Shown here: positions 1 through 9,599 of the stretch, piece after piece
Layout of the letters: each line of letters opens with the position of its first letter
Position numbering within the stretch: the stretch's first letter is position 1
Assembly (NCBI GenBank): GCA_963795085.1
Contig: CAWCFX010000006.1
Location: forward strand, 448,001 to 512,000
Length of the DNA: 64,000 bases
Direction of reading: 5' to 3'
From: an uncultured Gemmatimonadales bacterium
Lineage (GTDB): Bacteria > Gemmatimonadota > Gemmatimonadetes > Gemmatimonadales > GWC2-71-9
Notes under the pieces: generated by a model
Seen by the model: only the letters and a program-made list of their open reading frames with translations
The model's database searches: none
Told to the model about the DNA's origin: nothing
Translations under genes and position numbers: made by a program

Positions 1-2
1 TG

Positions 3-1292
3 CGGGCGTTCATCGCTGAAGCGCTCGAGGGCGACGGCCACCGGGTGTCGCAGGCGGCCGACGGGGCCGAGGCGCTGAGGCAACTGGCGGGGGCCGCCTT
101 CGATCTGCTGATCACCGATCTCCGGATGCCCAACCTCGACGGGATGGCGTTGCTCCGGCGATCCCGGGCCGAGCAGCCGGAGATGGAAGTGATCGTCCTG
201 ACCGCCCACGGTTCGGTGGACTCGGCGGTAGAAGCCATGAGGCTCGGCGCCTTCGACTACCTGGAGAAGCCGATCGGGAGCCCGGCCGAACTCCGGCTGA
301 TCGCGATGCGGGCGCTGGAACGGCGGTCGCTCCTGGCGGTGAAGGACCGGGCTGCCAGGGAGGTCCCGGCGCTACCGCCCCTTTCGTTCGGTGATCCCGC
401 GATGGTCCCGGTGCTGGAGGCTCTCCGGAAGGTGGCCCGGACCAATGCCACGGTGTTGCTGACCGGCGAGAGCGGGGTCGGCAAGGAGATCGCCGCGCGC
501 ACGCTGCACGCCTGGAGCGACCGGGCGGATGGGCCGTTCGTGGCGCTCAACTGCGCGGCCATCGCCGATTCCCTGCTGGAAAGCGAGCTGTTCGGCCATG
601 AGAAGGGTGCGTTTACCGGCGCGACCTCGGCCCGTCGGGGGCGGATCGAGCTGGCGGACGGCGGGACCTTCTTCCTGGACGAGATCGCCGAGATGAAGCT
701 CGAGCTCCAGGCCAAGTTGCTCCGGGTGCTGGAACAGCGCCGGTACGAGCGGGTGGGCGGGTCACGCACCCTCGATGCCGACGTGCGCTGGGTGGCGGCC
801 ACCAACCGCCAACTCGGCCAGTTGCGGGCGTCGGGCGATTTCCGGGAAGACCTGTATCACCGGCTTGCCGTCTTTCCGATTCACCTGCCGCCTCTGCGGG
901 AGCGACGGTCGGATATCCTGCCCATCGCGGAGTCGCTGCTGATCCGGCTGGCCTCGGAGCTGGGTCGCGGCCGGCTGACGCTGTCTGACCCGGTCCGACG
1001 CCGACTGGTCGAGGCGCCGTGGCCGGGTAATGTGCGCGAACTGGCCAATGCGCTGGAGCGGGCCGCCATCATCGCCGATGGGGCCGAGATCAGGGCCGAG
1101 CATCTCTCGGTTCCCACGGTGTTCCCGGAGGGGGTCGCCGGCCCCAGCGACGAGTCGCTGGCCGCCATCGAGCGGGCCGCGATCGAGAACGCCATCGCCC
1201 GCGCGCAGGGCAACCGTAACGAAGCGGCGCGGATGCTCGGCATCGGGGTGCGGACGCTGTACGACAAGCTCAGGAAATACCGCGACGCATGA
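3..1292 (+). CDS. Sigma54-dependent NtrC-family response regulator (receiver-AAA+-Fis HTH), 5'-truncated by the window edge
   Basis: Receiver [10 protein letters not shown], Walker [24 protein letters not shown] and C-terminal HTH; frame is open from position 3. Confidence 0.95.
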   Translation, partial: RAFIAEALEGDGHRVSQAADGAEALRQLAGAAFDLLITDLRMPNLDGMALLRRSRAEQPEMEVIVLTAHGSVDSAVEAMRLGAFDYLEKPIGSPAELRLIAMRALERRSLLAVKDRAAREVPALPPLSFGDPAMVPVLEALRKVARTNATVLLTGESGVGKEIAARTLHAWSDRADGPFVALNCAAIADSLLESELFGHEKGAFTGATSARRGRIELADGGTFFLDEIAEMKLELQAKLLRVLEQRRYERVGGSRTLDADVRWVAATNRQLGQLRASGDFREDLYHRLAVFPIHLPPLRERRSDILPIAESLLIRLASELGRGRLTLSDPVRRRLVEAPWPGNVRELANALERAAIIADGAEIRAEHLSVPTVFPEGVAGPSDESLAAIERAAIENAIARAQGNRNEAARMLGIGVRTLYDKLRKYRDA

Positions 1293-1497
1293 TCCGGAGG
1301 TCCCGGTTGGCCATCCCGGACGCGCCCGGTTCCACGAACACCCTGTTTCATGTGACGGCCGAGGGGTTGCCCACGGCTGACGGTCATCCCATAGAACGCC
1401 TCGCCTGGCAGGCGCAGGCGGCATCGGCACCCACCTACCCCTATGCCGCCCGATTCATGGTCGAAGGGCGAGGACCAGACGCCGGAGGAGGTATCCC

Positions 1498-2553
1498 ATG
1501 TCCGTGTCACACAGCGCACCCTTCGCAGCCATCGCACTCGTCCTGGCGGGTTGCGGATCGAACAGGAATCAACCCGCGGTCGTCCACCCGGATTTCGACC
1601 TGGCCGCCTTCGCCGGGCGCTTCGAGCCAGGCTCGATTGTCGGAGCGCCGCGGATCGTGGCATGCACCCTGTCGGAGGGAGCCTCGACCTCGTGCGTCAC
1701 GGTGACGTTGCCCGCGAGTCCGGCGGCATTCACCATGGGCCCATGGTGCCCGACCAACACCAGGGATGGGGCGGATCGGGGCGGCATCTGGCCCGAGAGG
1801 GGAGTGGTGCACGACGTGGACGGCCCATTCATCATGAACCTGTCGCGCTTCTATAACGACTCCACCTGGGGCATGTACGACCCGGCGACCGGGGCCGTGA
1901 ACGTCACGGATACGCCCGAGGCCTGCGCGGCCGCGGCGCGCCCCGACGTGGACCCTCGGTACACCAACTACTGCGTCCAGTGCCTTGCGGCCTACATCGA
2001 GGATGGACTCACCAGCACCTACGTCATTCCCATCGCGCCGGTGGCCGCGAGCGCCCTCGCGCCGCGGGTGGGACACGACGGTGTGGGGATCGCCTACAGC
2101 GGCGTCCGGCTCGACGCCCCGGCTCCCACGGACGATATTCTGAGCGCCTACACCATTGCCCCGTTCGACGATTGTGGGGGCCATGTGAACCCGAACGTCG
2201 GATACCATATCCATGCCGTGACCGACTGCCTGCGCCAGCGGCCCGCGGCGGGCGCGCATGCGGCCGAGCTCGGTATCGCGATGGACGGCTACCCGCTCTA
2301 CGCCCGGGTGACCCTCGATGGAGTGATGCCCCAGGACCTGGACGCATGCCACGGCCACACGACCCTGGCCGAAGGCTACCACTACCACGTCGGTGCGGCC
2401 GGATCGAACGAGATCCTCGGCTGCCACGCGGGCCAGACGGGGTGCGTGCTGACGGATCCCGACGCGCCATGCGACGCCAGCCTGGCGGCACCCCCGGGCG
2501 GGGGCCCTCCAGGCAGAGGACCGCCGGCGGGACGCCCCCCACGGGGAGGGTAG
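1498..2553 (+). CDS. YHYH-domain lipoprotein
   Basis: Lipobox LAGC; motifs GYHIH, DGYPLY, DACHGH, GYHYH; GGAGG RBS upstream. Confidence 0.85.
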   Translation: MSVSHSAPFAAIALVLAGCGSNRNQPAVVHPDFDLAAFAGRFEPGSIVGAPRIVACTLSEGASTSCVTVTLPASPAAFTMGPWCPTNTRDGADRGGIWPERGVVHDVDGPFIMNLSRFYNDSTWGMYDPATGAVNVTDTPEACAAAARPDVDPRYTNYCVQCLAAYIEDGLTSTYVIPIAPVAASALAPRVGHDGVGIAYSGVRLDAPAPTDDILSAYTIAPFDDCGGHVNPNVGYHIHAVTDCLRQRPAAGAHAAELGIAMDGYPLYARVTLDGVMPQDLDACHGHTTLAEGYHYHVGAAGSNEILGCHAGQTGCVLTDPDAPCDASLAAPPGGGPPGRGPPAGRPPRGG

Positions 2554-2826
2554 CGGTCCATACGGCCCGTGGCCTGCCGCTCGCGCCTCGGCACTGACCG
2601 GCTTGGAGGAGATTCTCTCCCTGACCGCGGACCCCAACGGGGCCGGGCTCTGCTTTCTCCATGGAGCGGCACTCCCCGACCCCGGAGGGATCCTGCTGGG
2701 CTCAGGGAATCAGACCCGGTTCATCCGCCTGCCGGTCGGCGGCGGGCGGGCGGGTCGTCATGATCCTCTTGTGCAACCCCGCAGCGCGGCATCGTCTGAC
2801 TGGCACTTCCCCGCAGGAGCATTCCC

Positions 2827-3264
2827 ATGCGCCACCTCACTGCCGGTGTCCTTCTCGCCACGCTGGTTTCATGTTCGAACGATCCCCTGGCCAGCGTCGA
2901 GGGCGGCCTCCGCATCTATCCGTCCACGCCGGTGGCCCGCCCAGGCGATCCCTTGACGGTGCATCTGCTGAACTGGTCGGGCCAGGTGCTCCAGGAGAAC
3001 CTGTGCCAGATGGCGCTGCAGCAGCGGCAGGGTGTCCAGTGGGTGTCGGTGTACACCGAACCTGGCGACGGCGGCGTCTGCCCGGCCTACCTCAATCTGT
3101 TCCGTTCGGGCCAGGTCCTTGCCCGCCCCGTGAGCCTCCCGGCGGACCTGGCCGAAGGGCGCTACCGAATAGTGTTTGAGGGGATCTCGCTGGACGACAG
3201 GCACCTTCCGGAAGAGCTCCGGGCATCGACGGCCTTTGAGGTCCGGGAGTCGTTGCCGCTGTAG
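2827..3264 (+). CDS. Hypothetical lipoprotein, probable Ig-like fold
   Basis: AGGAG RBS, lipobox-like LVSC, beta-rich pattern ending GRYRIVF. Confidence 0.65.
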   Translation: MRHLTAGVLLATLVSCSNDPLASVEGGLRIYPSTPVARPGDPLTVHLLNWSGQVLQENLCQMALQQRQGVQWVSVYTEPGDGGVCPAYLNLFRSGQVLARPVSLPADLAEGRYRIVFEGISLDDRHLPEELRASTAFEVRESLPL

Positions 3265-3277
3265 GCGGCAGCGTGGC

Positions 3278-4093
3278 TTAACGAACGGGGACGAGCACCT
3301 CGGTGAGCAGGTCAGCCGGCGGCGTTCCCTCCGGCGGCGTGAGATAGATCTCGACGCACGGGGCGGTGCGCATGGATCGCCCTTCCCGGGGCATGAAGTC
3401 GCGCGCCAGCCAGGCATAGGTCTCGGCCAGCCGTTCGAACGGACCCCGATGGACCGCCGTCGCGTACTCCCCGCCGCAGACCTCCGTCACGCCGATGTCT
3501 CCTTCCCCGCGCACGGTCGCGGGCACCTCGATGCAGCAGTCGAAGCGGAGCTGCGCGGCCGCGGTGATCCCCGGGTCGTCGTGCGCGAGACCGAGGAACA
3601 GCGGCTGGATGGTCGAGCCACGCGCGGCGGCCCAGCCGGCCAGCCGCTCGAACACCGGGCGGACCTGGTCGTACGGGCCGACATGCCGGATGAACGCGAC
3701 TCGCAGCGGATTCACCGTTTCAATCCGGCCCAGCAGGCCCGGCTGCTCGACGACGGGCGCGATCCAGCGCCCCCGCTCGCGCGCGCGGAAGAGACCCGGA
3801 GCGCAGCCGAACCGCTCGCCGAACGCGCGGGTGAACGCGCTCTGGCTGCCGTACCCGGCCTCCCGCCCGATATCGGCGACGGCGCGGTCGCTGGTCGCCA
3901 GCTCATGCGCCGCGCGCTCCAGCCGCAGCCGCCGGACATACTCGGCGGGCGGCTCGCCGACGATCGCCGTGAAGAGCCGATGAAAGTGAAACGGGGAGAG
4001 GCAGGCATGACTGGCCAGCGCGGGCAGCGAGAGCGTGGCATCGAGGTCGCGTTCGACGGCGACCACCGCGCGCAGCACCCGCTCGACGCTCAC
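3278..4093 (-). CDS. AraC-family regulator with C-terminal GyrI-like effector domain
   Basis: SPFHFHRLF...RLRLERAA...GYGSQSAFTRAF HTH followed by RHVGPY/HRGPF GyrI motifs; GTG start at 4093 overlaps the upstream stop (GTGA). Confidence 0.9.
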   Translation of the reverse strand: MSVERVLRAVVAVERDLDATLSLPALASHACLSPFHFHRLFTAIVGEPPAEYVRRLRLERAAHELATSDRAVADIGREAGYGSQSAFTRAFGERFGCAPGLFRARERGRWIAPVVEQPGLLGRIETVNPLRVAFIRHVGPYDQVRPVFERLAGWAAARGSTIQPLFLGLAHDDPGITAAAQLRFDCCIEVPATVRGEGDIGVTEVCGGEYATAVHRGPFERLAETYAWLARDFMPREGRSMRTAPCVEIYLTPPEGTPPADLLTEVLVPVR

Positions 4094-4461
4094 CGCCGCG
4101 CCGCCAGCAGGCCGGCCAGCACGCCGGCAAGGACTTTCCCCGCCCAGGAGGCCCCGAAGAGGGGGATGAACCTCGCCCCCGACGCGATGATGAGCCCGGC
4201 ATCGAGCAGCGCGACCGCCACGCCGACGAGCGCGCCGTGGAGGAGCGGACGACCGGTCCCCCGGGCGGCCAGAAAACCAAAGCCCAAGGTGGCGATGGCG
4301 CCCACGATCGGACCGAGCCAGAGGCCGACCCGTTCCGCGAAGGCCTGGCGCGCCTCGGGGTCCACACCCCTGGTCTCGTAAACGAGGACGACCACGACGA
4401 GCAGCAGGATGGGGGTGAGCTCGCCGGCGATCGTCGCCAGCGCGATACGGCCGAACCGCAT
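4090..4461 (-). CDS. Small 4-TM hypothetical membrane protein
   Basis: Four hydrophobic segments; translationally coupled to the AraC gene. Confidence 0.7.
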   Translation of the reverse strand: MRFGRIALATIAGELTPILLLVVVVLVYETRGVDPEARQAFAERVGLWLGPIVGAIATLGFGFLAARGTGRPLLHGALVGVAVALLDAGLIIASGARFIPLFGASWAGKVLAGVLAGLLAARR

Positions 4462-4731
4462 TCCACCTGTGTCGGACACGCGCGGCTCCGTTGGAGAGTT
4501 GGCGCGAAGATATCGCGGGAAAGGCCTGCGCGGGAGAGCGACCGGCCAACTCCGCAAGGATTGTCAAAGGGGGTTTATTGTCTCGCCGAGCGGGTCGGGT
4601 TCGAGCAGACGGCCTCCACCGGCCCGCCGCCTTGCCCTTGACCACCCCGGATCCGGAGGCAAGTTCAGGCAGGCCGGTGGGAGGGTTCGCCCGCCACACA
4701 GACTACCCTGCAACTGTCCCAAGGAACGTCT

Positions 4732-5142
4732 ATGGCAGAGCCCAGGACGAGACCGACCACGGCGAGTGTCGCGGCCTTCATCAGCGCGATTCCCCAGCCG
4801 GAGCGCCGGCGCGACGCCCGCACCGTGGCCGCCATGATGCGCGCGGCGACCGGAGCGCGGGCCACCATGTGGGGTCCCACGATTATCGGCTTTGGACGCC
4901 AGCCGATCACCGACGCCCGGGGCCGTGCCACCGACTGGCCGGTCGCCGCCTTCGCCCCCCGCTCCACCGGCCTGGTGCTCTACTTCTCGGAGGACGTCCT
5001 CGCCCATCACCCGCTCCTCTCGCACCTCGGCAAGCACCAGGTGGGGAAGAGCTGCCTCTACATCCGGCGTCTGGCGGACGTGGATCTCCCGACCCTGCGC
5101 CGGTTGGTCTCGTCGTCCGTCCGCGCCGAGCGGGCCCGGTGA
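4732..5142 (+). CDS. DUF1801 (YdhG-like) protein
   Basis: Motifs MWGPTIIGFG, WPVAAFAPR, LGKHQVGKSCLYI. Confidence 0.9.
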   Translation: MAEPRTRPTTASVAAFISAIPQPERRRDARTVAAMMRAATGARATMWGPTIIGFGRQPITDARGRATDWPVAAFAPRSTGLVLYFSEDVLAHHPLLSHLGKHQVGKSCLYIRRLADVDLPTLRRLVSSSVRAERAR

Positions 5143-5305
5143 CCTTGACCGGATCCCCGTCCACCTGGTGGGGCCCGGCCCTCGATCGGGCCGGGCTGGC
5201 ACAACCGGCCGGCTGACCCTAGCATTCCCAGACCCGCGCGGCTTCCCAGGTGATGCCACGCTCGCCCCAACAGCCAAGCCCCCTACTCAACGTGAGGTTG
5301 CTCCT

Positions 5306-6208
5306 GTGAAGACCATGGCCGTAGCGGTTCTCGGGGTCGCGTTCGTCGTTGTCGTCGCCGCCTGTGGGTCGGATGACCGGCCGACGCCGGAGCCGCCGGC
5401 CATGGCGACACCACAAATGGTCCCCCTCTCCACCACCGAGTACGCCTTTCAGGCCCCCGACACGGTCTCCGCAGGCTGGACCACTCTCCGCCTGGCGAAT
5501 CTCGGCCAGGAGCTCCACTACGCCCACATCGTCCGGCTGGACTCGGGGCGGACCGTCCAGGAGCTGGTGGACGCGTACGCGGAGGCGATTCGTACCTCCG
5601 GGCCGCGGCCGAAGTGGGTCACCCGGTTCGGCGGCCCAGGCGGAACTGCCCCGGGCGATTCCTCGAGCGTGACCCAGTTCCTCGAGCCGGGAAGCTACGT
5701 GTGGATATGCCCCGTCGAGGACCAGGCCGGGAATCCCCATTTCGGCCGGGGAGAGTTCAAGACCTTTATCGTCTCCCCGGCGGGGCCGGCCGTGGCCAAC
5801 CGGGAGGCCGCGCCTGACGCGGGGGTAGTGATCCGTCTGCTGGACTTTTCGTTCGCCCTCGGTGACACGCTCCGCGCCGGCCGGCACACGGTCCGCGTCG
5901 AAAATGCCGGGGTGGAGCCGCACGACCTCGTGGTGATGAAACTCGAACCCGGGAAGACGGTCCAGGACATCATGACATGGTTGAATCCGGAGCGCGCGCG
6001 GCGACCGGGGCAGGCGGAGGAACCGCCCCCGCCGCTGGAGAGCCTGGGGTCGCCGGCCGGCGGCATCGCGGCGATCGCGCCGGGGATGGCCGTGTTCTTT
6101 GAACGGGACTATGCGCCGGGCGAGTACGTGTTGATGTGCATGGCGACCGCGCCCGATGGCCGGTCGCACATCGAGCACGGGATGATCCAGCAGGTCAGTA
6201 TCCGCTGA
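5306..6208 (+). CDS. Lipoprotein with two cupredoxin-like domains
   Basis: Lipobox VAAC; two repeats of NxGxxxH...PGxYVxxC-x9-H-x3-(E/M). Confidence 0.7.
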   Translation: MKTMAVAVLGVAFVVVVAACGSDDRPTPEPPAMATPQMVPLSTTEYAFQAPDTVSAGWTTLRLANLGQELHYAHIVRLDSGRTVQELVDAYAEAIRTSGPRPKWVTRFGGPGGTAPGDSSSVTQFLEPGSYVWICPVEDQAGNPHFGRGEFKTFIVSPAGPAVANREAAPDAGVVIRLLDFSFALGDTLRAGRHTVRVENAGVEPHDLVVMKLEPGKTVQDIMTWLNPERARRPGQAEEPPPPLESLGSPAGGIAAIAPGMAVFFERDYAPGEYVLMCMATAPDGRSHIEHGMIQQVSIR

Positions 6209-6261
6209 TGGCCGGGTCGGGATAGCCGCCGAACGGTTCGGCCCCCGCTTCTAGTGTGATA

Positions 6262-6790
6262 ACAGGCTAAAGCCTTCGACCGCAGGAAGTCCTCCAGGGC
6301 CCTCGGCGAGCACGGTCGCTCAAGCGACCTCATTTCGAGATCGGCGCGTGTCGTCCCTTCAGGGACAGTATGGCCGAGGGCAGGCGCGAGAAGACAGGCT
6401 AAAGCCTGCGACCGCAGGAAGTCCTCCAGGGCCCTCGGCGAGCACGGTCGCTCAAGCGACCTTATTTCGAGATCGGCGCGTGTCGTCCCTTCAGGGACAG
6501 TATGGCCGAGGGCAGGCGCGAGAAGACAGGCTAAAGCCTTCGACCGCAGGAAGTCCTTCGGGCTCTCGGCGAGCACGGTCGCTCAAGCGACCTTATTTCG
6601 AGATCGGCGCGTGTCGTCCCTTCAGGGACAGTATGGCCGAGGGCAGGCGCGAGAAGACAGGCTAAAGCCTTCGACCGCAGGAAGTCCTTTCGGGCTCTCG
6701 GCGAGCACTGTCGCTAAAGCGACCTTATTTCGAGATCGGCGCGTGTCGTCCCTTCAGGGACAGTATGGCCGAGGGCAGGCTTCAGCCTGT
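6262..6790. repeat. Tandem array of four ~132-bp multi-palindrome units (REP/BIME-like or structured RNA)
   Basis: Units start at 6262, 6394, 6526 and 6657 (periods 132, 132, 131) and are near-identical; each has AGGC-TAAA-GCCT, (G)GTCGC-T(C/A)AA-GCGAC(C) and GTCCC-TTCA-GGGAC hairpins. Confidence 0.95.
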
Positions 6791-6842
6791 CCTATACCAC
6801 GGAGGCAAGCCACCGCGGTCGGCGCATTCTTATCTCCTCCCG

Positions 6843-6881
6843 GTCCTACCGCCCGGTCTTACCGCCCCGTCCTACCGCCCT
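6843..6881. repeat. Three copies of TACCGCCC (13-14 bp period)
   Basis: gtccTACCGCCCggtctTACCGCCCcgtccTACCGCCC; same family at 16800-16927 and 26552-26600. Confidence 0.75.
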
Positions 6882-6957
6882 CGTTCCAGGGAGGGTCTGG
6901 CGGAAACGCTCCCCGGGGGCATACTAGGAACCCTGCCTCCCAAATGAATGGAGATCC

Positions 6958-7365
6958 ATGCGAACCCGGACCTGGATCGCGGCCCTCACCGCCCCCGTTA
7001 TCGGCATCACGGCGGGGTTTGTCGCCCTGGCCGTGGCGGCGTGGGAACCCGTGTCAGCCCGGTCACTCGAGTGGTTCGGCTGGTTTCTTCTCTGGGGAGT
7101 CCCGGTGGCGCTCCTGGTGGAGGCCGTCGTGGGGATTCCGCTCTATCGGGTGATGCACCGGCGCAATGCGGTGAGGATCGCTCCCGTGTTGATCGCGGGG
7201 GTGGCGGCGGGCATTCTCACCGTGATGCTGCCCTTGGGGTTCTTCGGTGGGGACGGAGCCACGGCGCTCGGCCTGGCCGCCCTCACCGGAGGCATTGGCG
7301 GGTTCTTCGCGGCAACCTGGTTCTGGTTCGTCAGCGGTTGGGGCCGCGCCATCCCGGCTGCGTGA
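6958..7365 (+). CDS. Hypothetical 4-TM membrane protein
   Basis: GGAG RBS; four hydrophobic helices. Confidence 0.7.
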   Translation: MRTRTWIAALTAPVIGITAGFVALAVAAWEPVSARSLEWFGWFLLWGVPVALLVEAVVGIPLYRVMHRRNAVRIAPVLIAGVAAGILTVMLPLGFFGGDGATALGLAALTGGIGGFFAATWFWFVSGWGRAIPAA

Positions 7366-7412
7366 TGTTGCTTTGCTCCGAACGACCCGCCCGCCGGCCT
7401 GATGAAATGGCC

Positions 7413-7910
7413 ATGCGATGCATCGTGCCTCGTCTCGCGACTCGACTTGCGATGGGCGCCGCGCTGGCCTGCGCCCCCGCCGCGGATATCCCGTCAGCGG
7501 ACGCCGCGGCCACCGCGCGGCAGGAGGTCCGCCTGGCGCTCGCGGCCTACATGGTAGCCGCGCGGGCCGTCAATCCCGACTCCATTGCCGCCTTTTTCAC
7601 ACCGGCCGGGGTGCTCTTCGAACCCGGTATCAGGCCGATCCAGGGCCCCGATTCGATTCGCGCCTTCATCCGCCGGTTCCCGGGTGTTCGGGTGGACTCC
7701 GCCACCGCGGTGCCCGATACGATCGAGATCTTCGGTACGACCGCGTTCGTGTGGGGCTCCTATTTCGAGCGCCTGGCGTTCCCCGGCCAGCCGGTGAGCG
7801 AGCAAGACGGCCGGTTCGTGATGGAATGGATCAGGCAGGGTGATGGGCGCTGGCTGATCAACCGGTACTACCGCGTCCCGCTTCCGTCCGCCCCGTCGGC
7901 CGCGCCGTGA
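7413..7910 (+). CDS. NTF2/SnoaL-like (DUF4440/YybH-type) protein
   Basis: IAAFFTPAGV...IQGPDSIRAF...GRFVMEWIRQGDGRWLI pattern; start approximate (7407 also possible). Confidence 0.8.
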   Translation: MRCIVPRLATRLAMGAALACAPAADIPSADAAATARQEVRLALAAYMVAARAVNPDSIAAFFTPAGVLFEPGIRPIQGPDSIRAFIRRFPGVRVDSATAVPDTIEIFGTTAFVWGSYFERLAFPGQPVSEQDGRFVMEWIRQGDGRWLINRYYRVPLPSAPSAAP

Positions 7911-7924
7911 TCCGGGGAGGATGC

Positions 7925-8278
7925 ATGCGTCTTGCCCGCTCACTCACATGCCTGGCCTCCGGGGCCGGCCTGGCCGCTCTCCCTGGCTGCGGCGACGCGG
8001 TCGTCGCTCCCCGGGCCGCCGTCTACTTCGTGCTCGATGCCCCGCTCTGCAGTTCGCGTCTCCCGGTGCAGTTCTTTATTGACAACGTCCAGGTCGGCTC
8101 CGACACATTCAGCATTAACCTGGCTCCGGAACACTCCACCTCGGGTCGCTTCGACGTCAGCAGCGGAGTCCACACCCTGGGTGCCCGGGTGGTGAACGGG
8201 TACGCGTGGAGTGACCGTACCGTGCGCCTGGCCGCCGGCGAAGTCCACTATGACTCCCTGCCCTTCTACTGTTCCTAG
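7925..8278 (+). CDS. Hypothetical lipoprotein
   Basis: GGAGG RBS, LPGC lipobox-like segment, beta-rich body. Confidence 0.6.
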   Translation: MRLARSLTCLASGAGLAALPGCGDAVVAPRAAVYFVLDAPLCSSRLPVQFFIDNVQVGSDTFSINLAPEHSTSGRFDVSSGVHTLGARVVNGYAWSDRTVRLAAGEVHYDSLPFYCS

Positions 8279-8342
8279 GCCCCGCCACGACCCCCTGGAT
8301 TCCAGGAGCCGCCGGGGCCTGGCCTCCCGGGTTGCGTCATGG

Positions 8343-9521
8343 ATGTCGTCCACGGGCGTGGTGAGTGTGCTGGCCACCCTGCTCCTCGCCGTGCCGCTGG
8401 CGGCGCAGGCGGACCCCAGGGTGGTTCCGAAGCGCCCCCGGCTCCAGGCGCCAGCCGATACCAACAGCGCCGTGGAGTACTACTGGTTCGGGGTGAGCAA
8501 GCTGGTGGACGACCCGCAGAGAGCGGCCGCGGCGTTCTACTGGGCCAGCCGGCTGGACCCGGGGTGGGCGGAGCCGGTCTATGGGCGGCAGGTCGCCCTC
8601 GTGCTGGCGAACCCGTACCTGCTGGACGGCTACATCCGGCGCGCGCGGGGTGCCCGCCGCAACGACCGGCTGGACGCGATTGATTCCCTGGAGGCGGTGG
8701 CCCTGTACCGGAATCCATGGATCAGCCGCCGGATGGGAGGGGCCATCCTGTCCACCTGGATTCGCCAGCAGGTCCAGGACAGTCGCGTGGCGCAGTACAT
8801 CCGGGAGGATTACCCGGCCCTGGGTGCCTGGATGTCCTACATGGAGGGCAAGTTCGAGCAGTCGGCGGCCGAGTATGCCACGGCCGTGCGGAGGGATCCC
8901 GGCGCTCACGACCTGCAGTACCTGCGCGCGCTGCCGTTCGTCGCACTGGGCCAGTACGACAGCGCCGTGACGGCGGTGCGGGCCGCGCTCACCGCCACCC
9001 GGCGGTCCACGGTGGATAGTCTCTCCTTCGGCTACATCGGCTATCCCTTCCTCGAATACAGCCTCGGCCTGCTCTTCATCCGCGCCCAGCAGCCTGATTC
9101 GGCGCAGGCCGCCTACGAGCGCGCCCTGGTGGACGATATCCGGTTCGCGCCAGCCCACTTCGCGCTGGGGCGGATCCTGCTGGCCCGTTCGGATACGGCC
9201 CGGGCGCTGGCTGAGTGGAACCAGGCCGTAGCCCTGGACCCCGGCGAACCGCAATGGCTCTACGAGCTGGCGGTGCTGTCCCTCGCCGCGCAGCAGCCTG
9301 ATTCGGCGTTAACGATGCTCCAGCGGGCGATCGACGCAGAACCCTACTTCGCCCCGCCGCGTTTCGTGCTGGCCCGCCTGTACGACATCAGCGACTACCG
9401 GCGGGAGGCCATCGGCGCCTACCAGGGCTTTCTCCGGCTCGCGCCGCGGACGCCGTCGGCCCAGCTCGACGTGGCGCGGACCCGCCTGGCCGCGCTGGGT
9501 GGGTCTGATACAGCGCCATAG
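8343..9521 (+). CDS. Secreted tetratricopeptide-repeat protein
   Basis: Signal peptide LLLAVPLAAQ; repeated TPR-like helices (AHFALGRILL, AVALDP). Confidence 0.8.
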   Translation: MSSTGVVSVLATLLLAVPLAAQADPRVVPKRPRLQAPADTNSAVEYYWFGVSKLVDDPQRAAAAFYWASRLDPGWAEPVYGRQVALVLANPYLLDGYIRRARGARRNDRLDAIDSLEAVALYRNPWISRRMGGAILSTWIRQQVQDSRVAQYIREDYPALGAWMSYMEGKFEQSAAEYATAVRRDPGAHDLQYLRALPFVALGQYDSAVTAVRAALTATRRSTVDSLSFGYIGYPFLEYSLGLLFIRAQQPDSAQAAYERALVDDIRFAPAHFALGRILLARSDTARALAEWNQAVALDPGEPQWLYELAVLSLAAQQPDSALTMLQRAIDAEPYFAPPRFVLARLYDISDYRREAIGAYQGFLRLAPRTPSAQLDVARTRLAALGGSDTAP

Positions 9522-9599
9522 GAACAACATGTGTCGGAGTTGACCACCCCGCCGATTATCTCAGGGCAGGTGGAGGCGCCGGTCCACGGCACTGCCGGC

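Noticed and set aside
6262..6790. CRISPR array
   Set aside because: Whole units are near-identical, with no unique spacers and no cas genes in the window
6109..7153. ORFs running through the 132-bp array
   Set aside because: By-products of a period divisible by 3; the 131-bp unit breaks the frame
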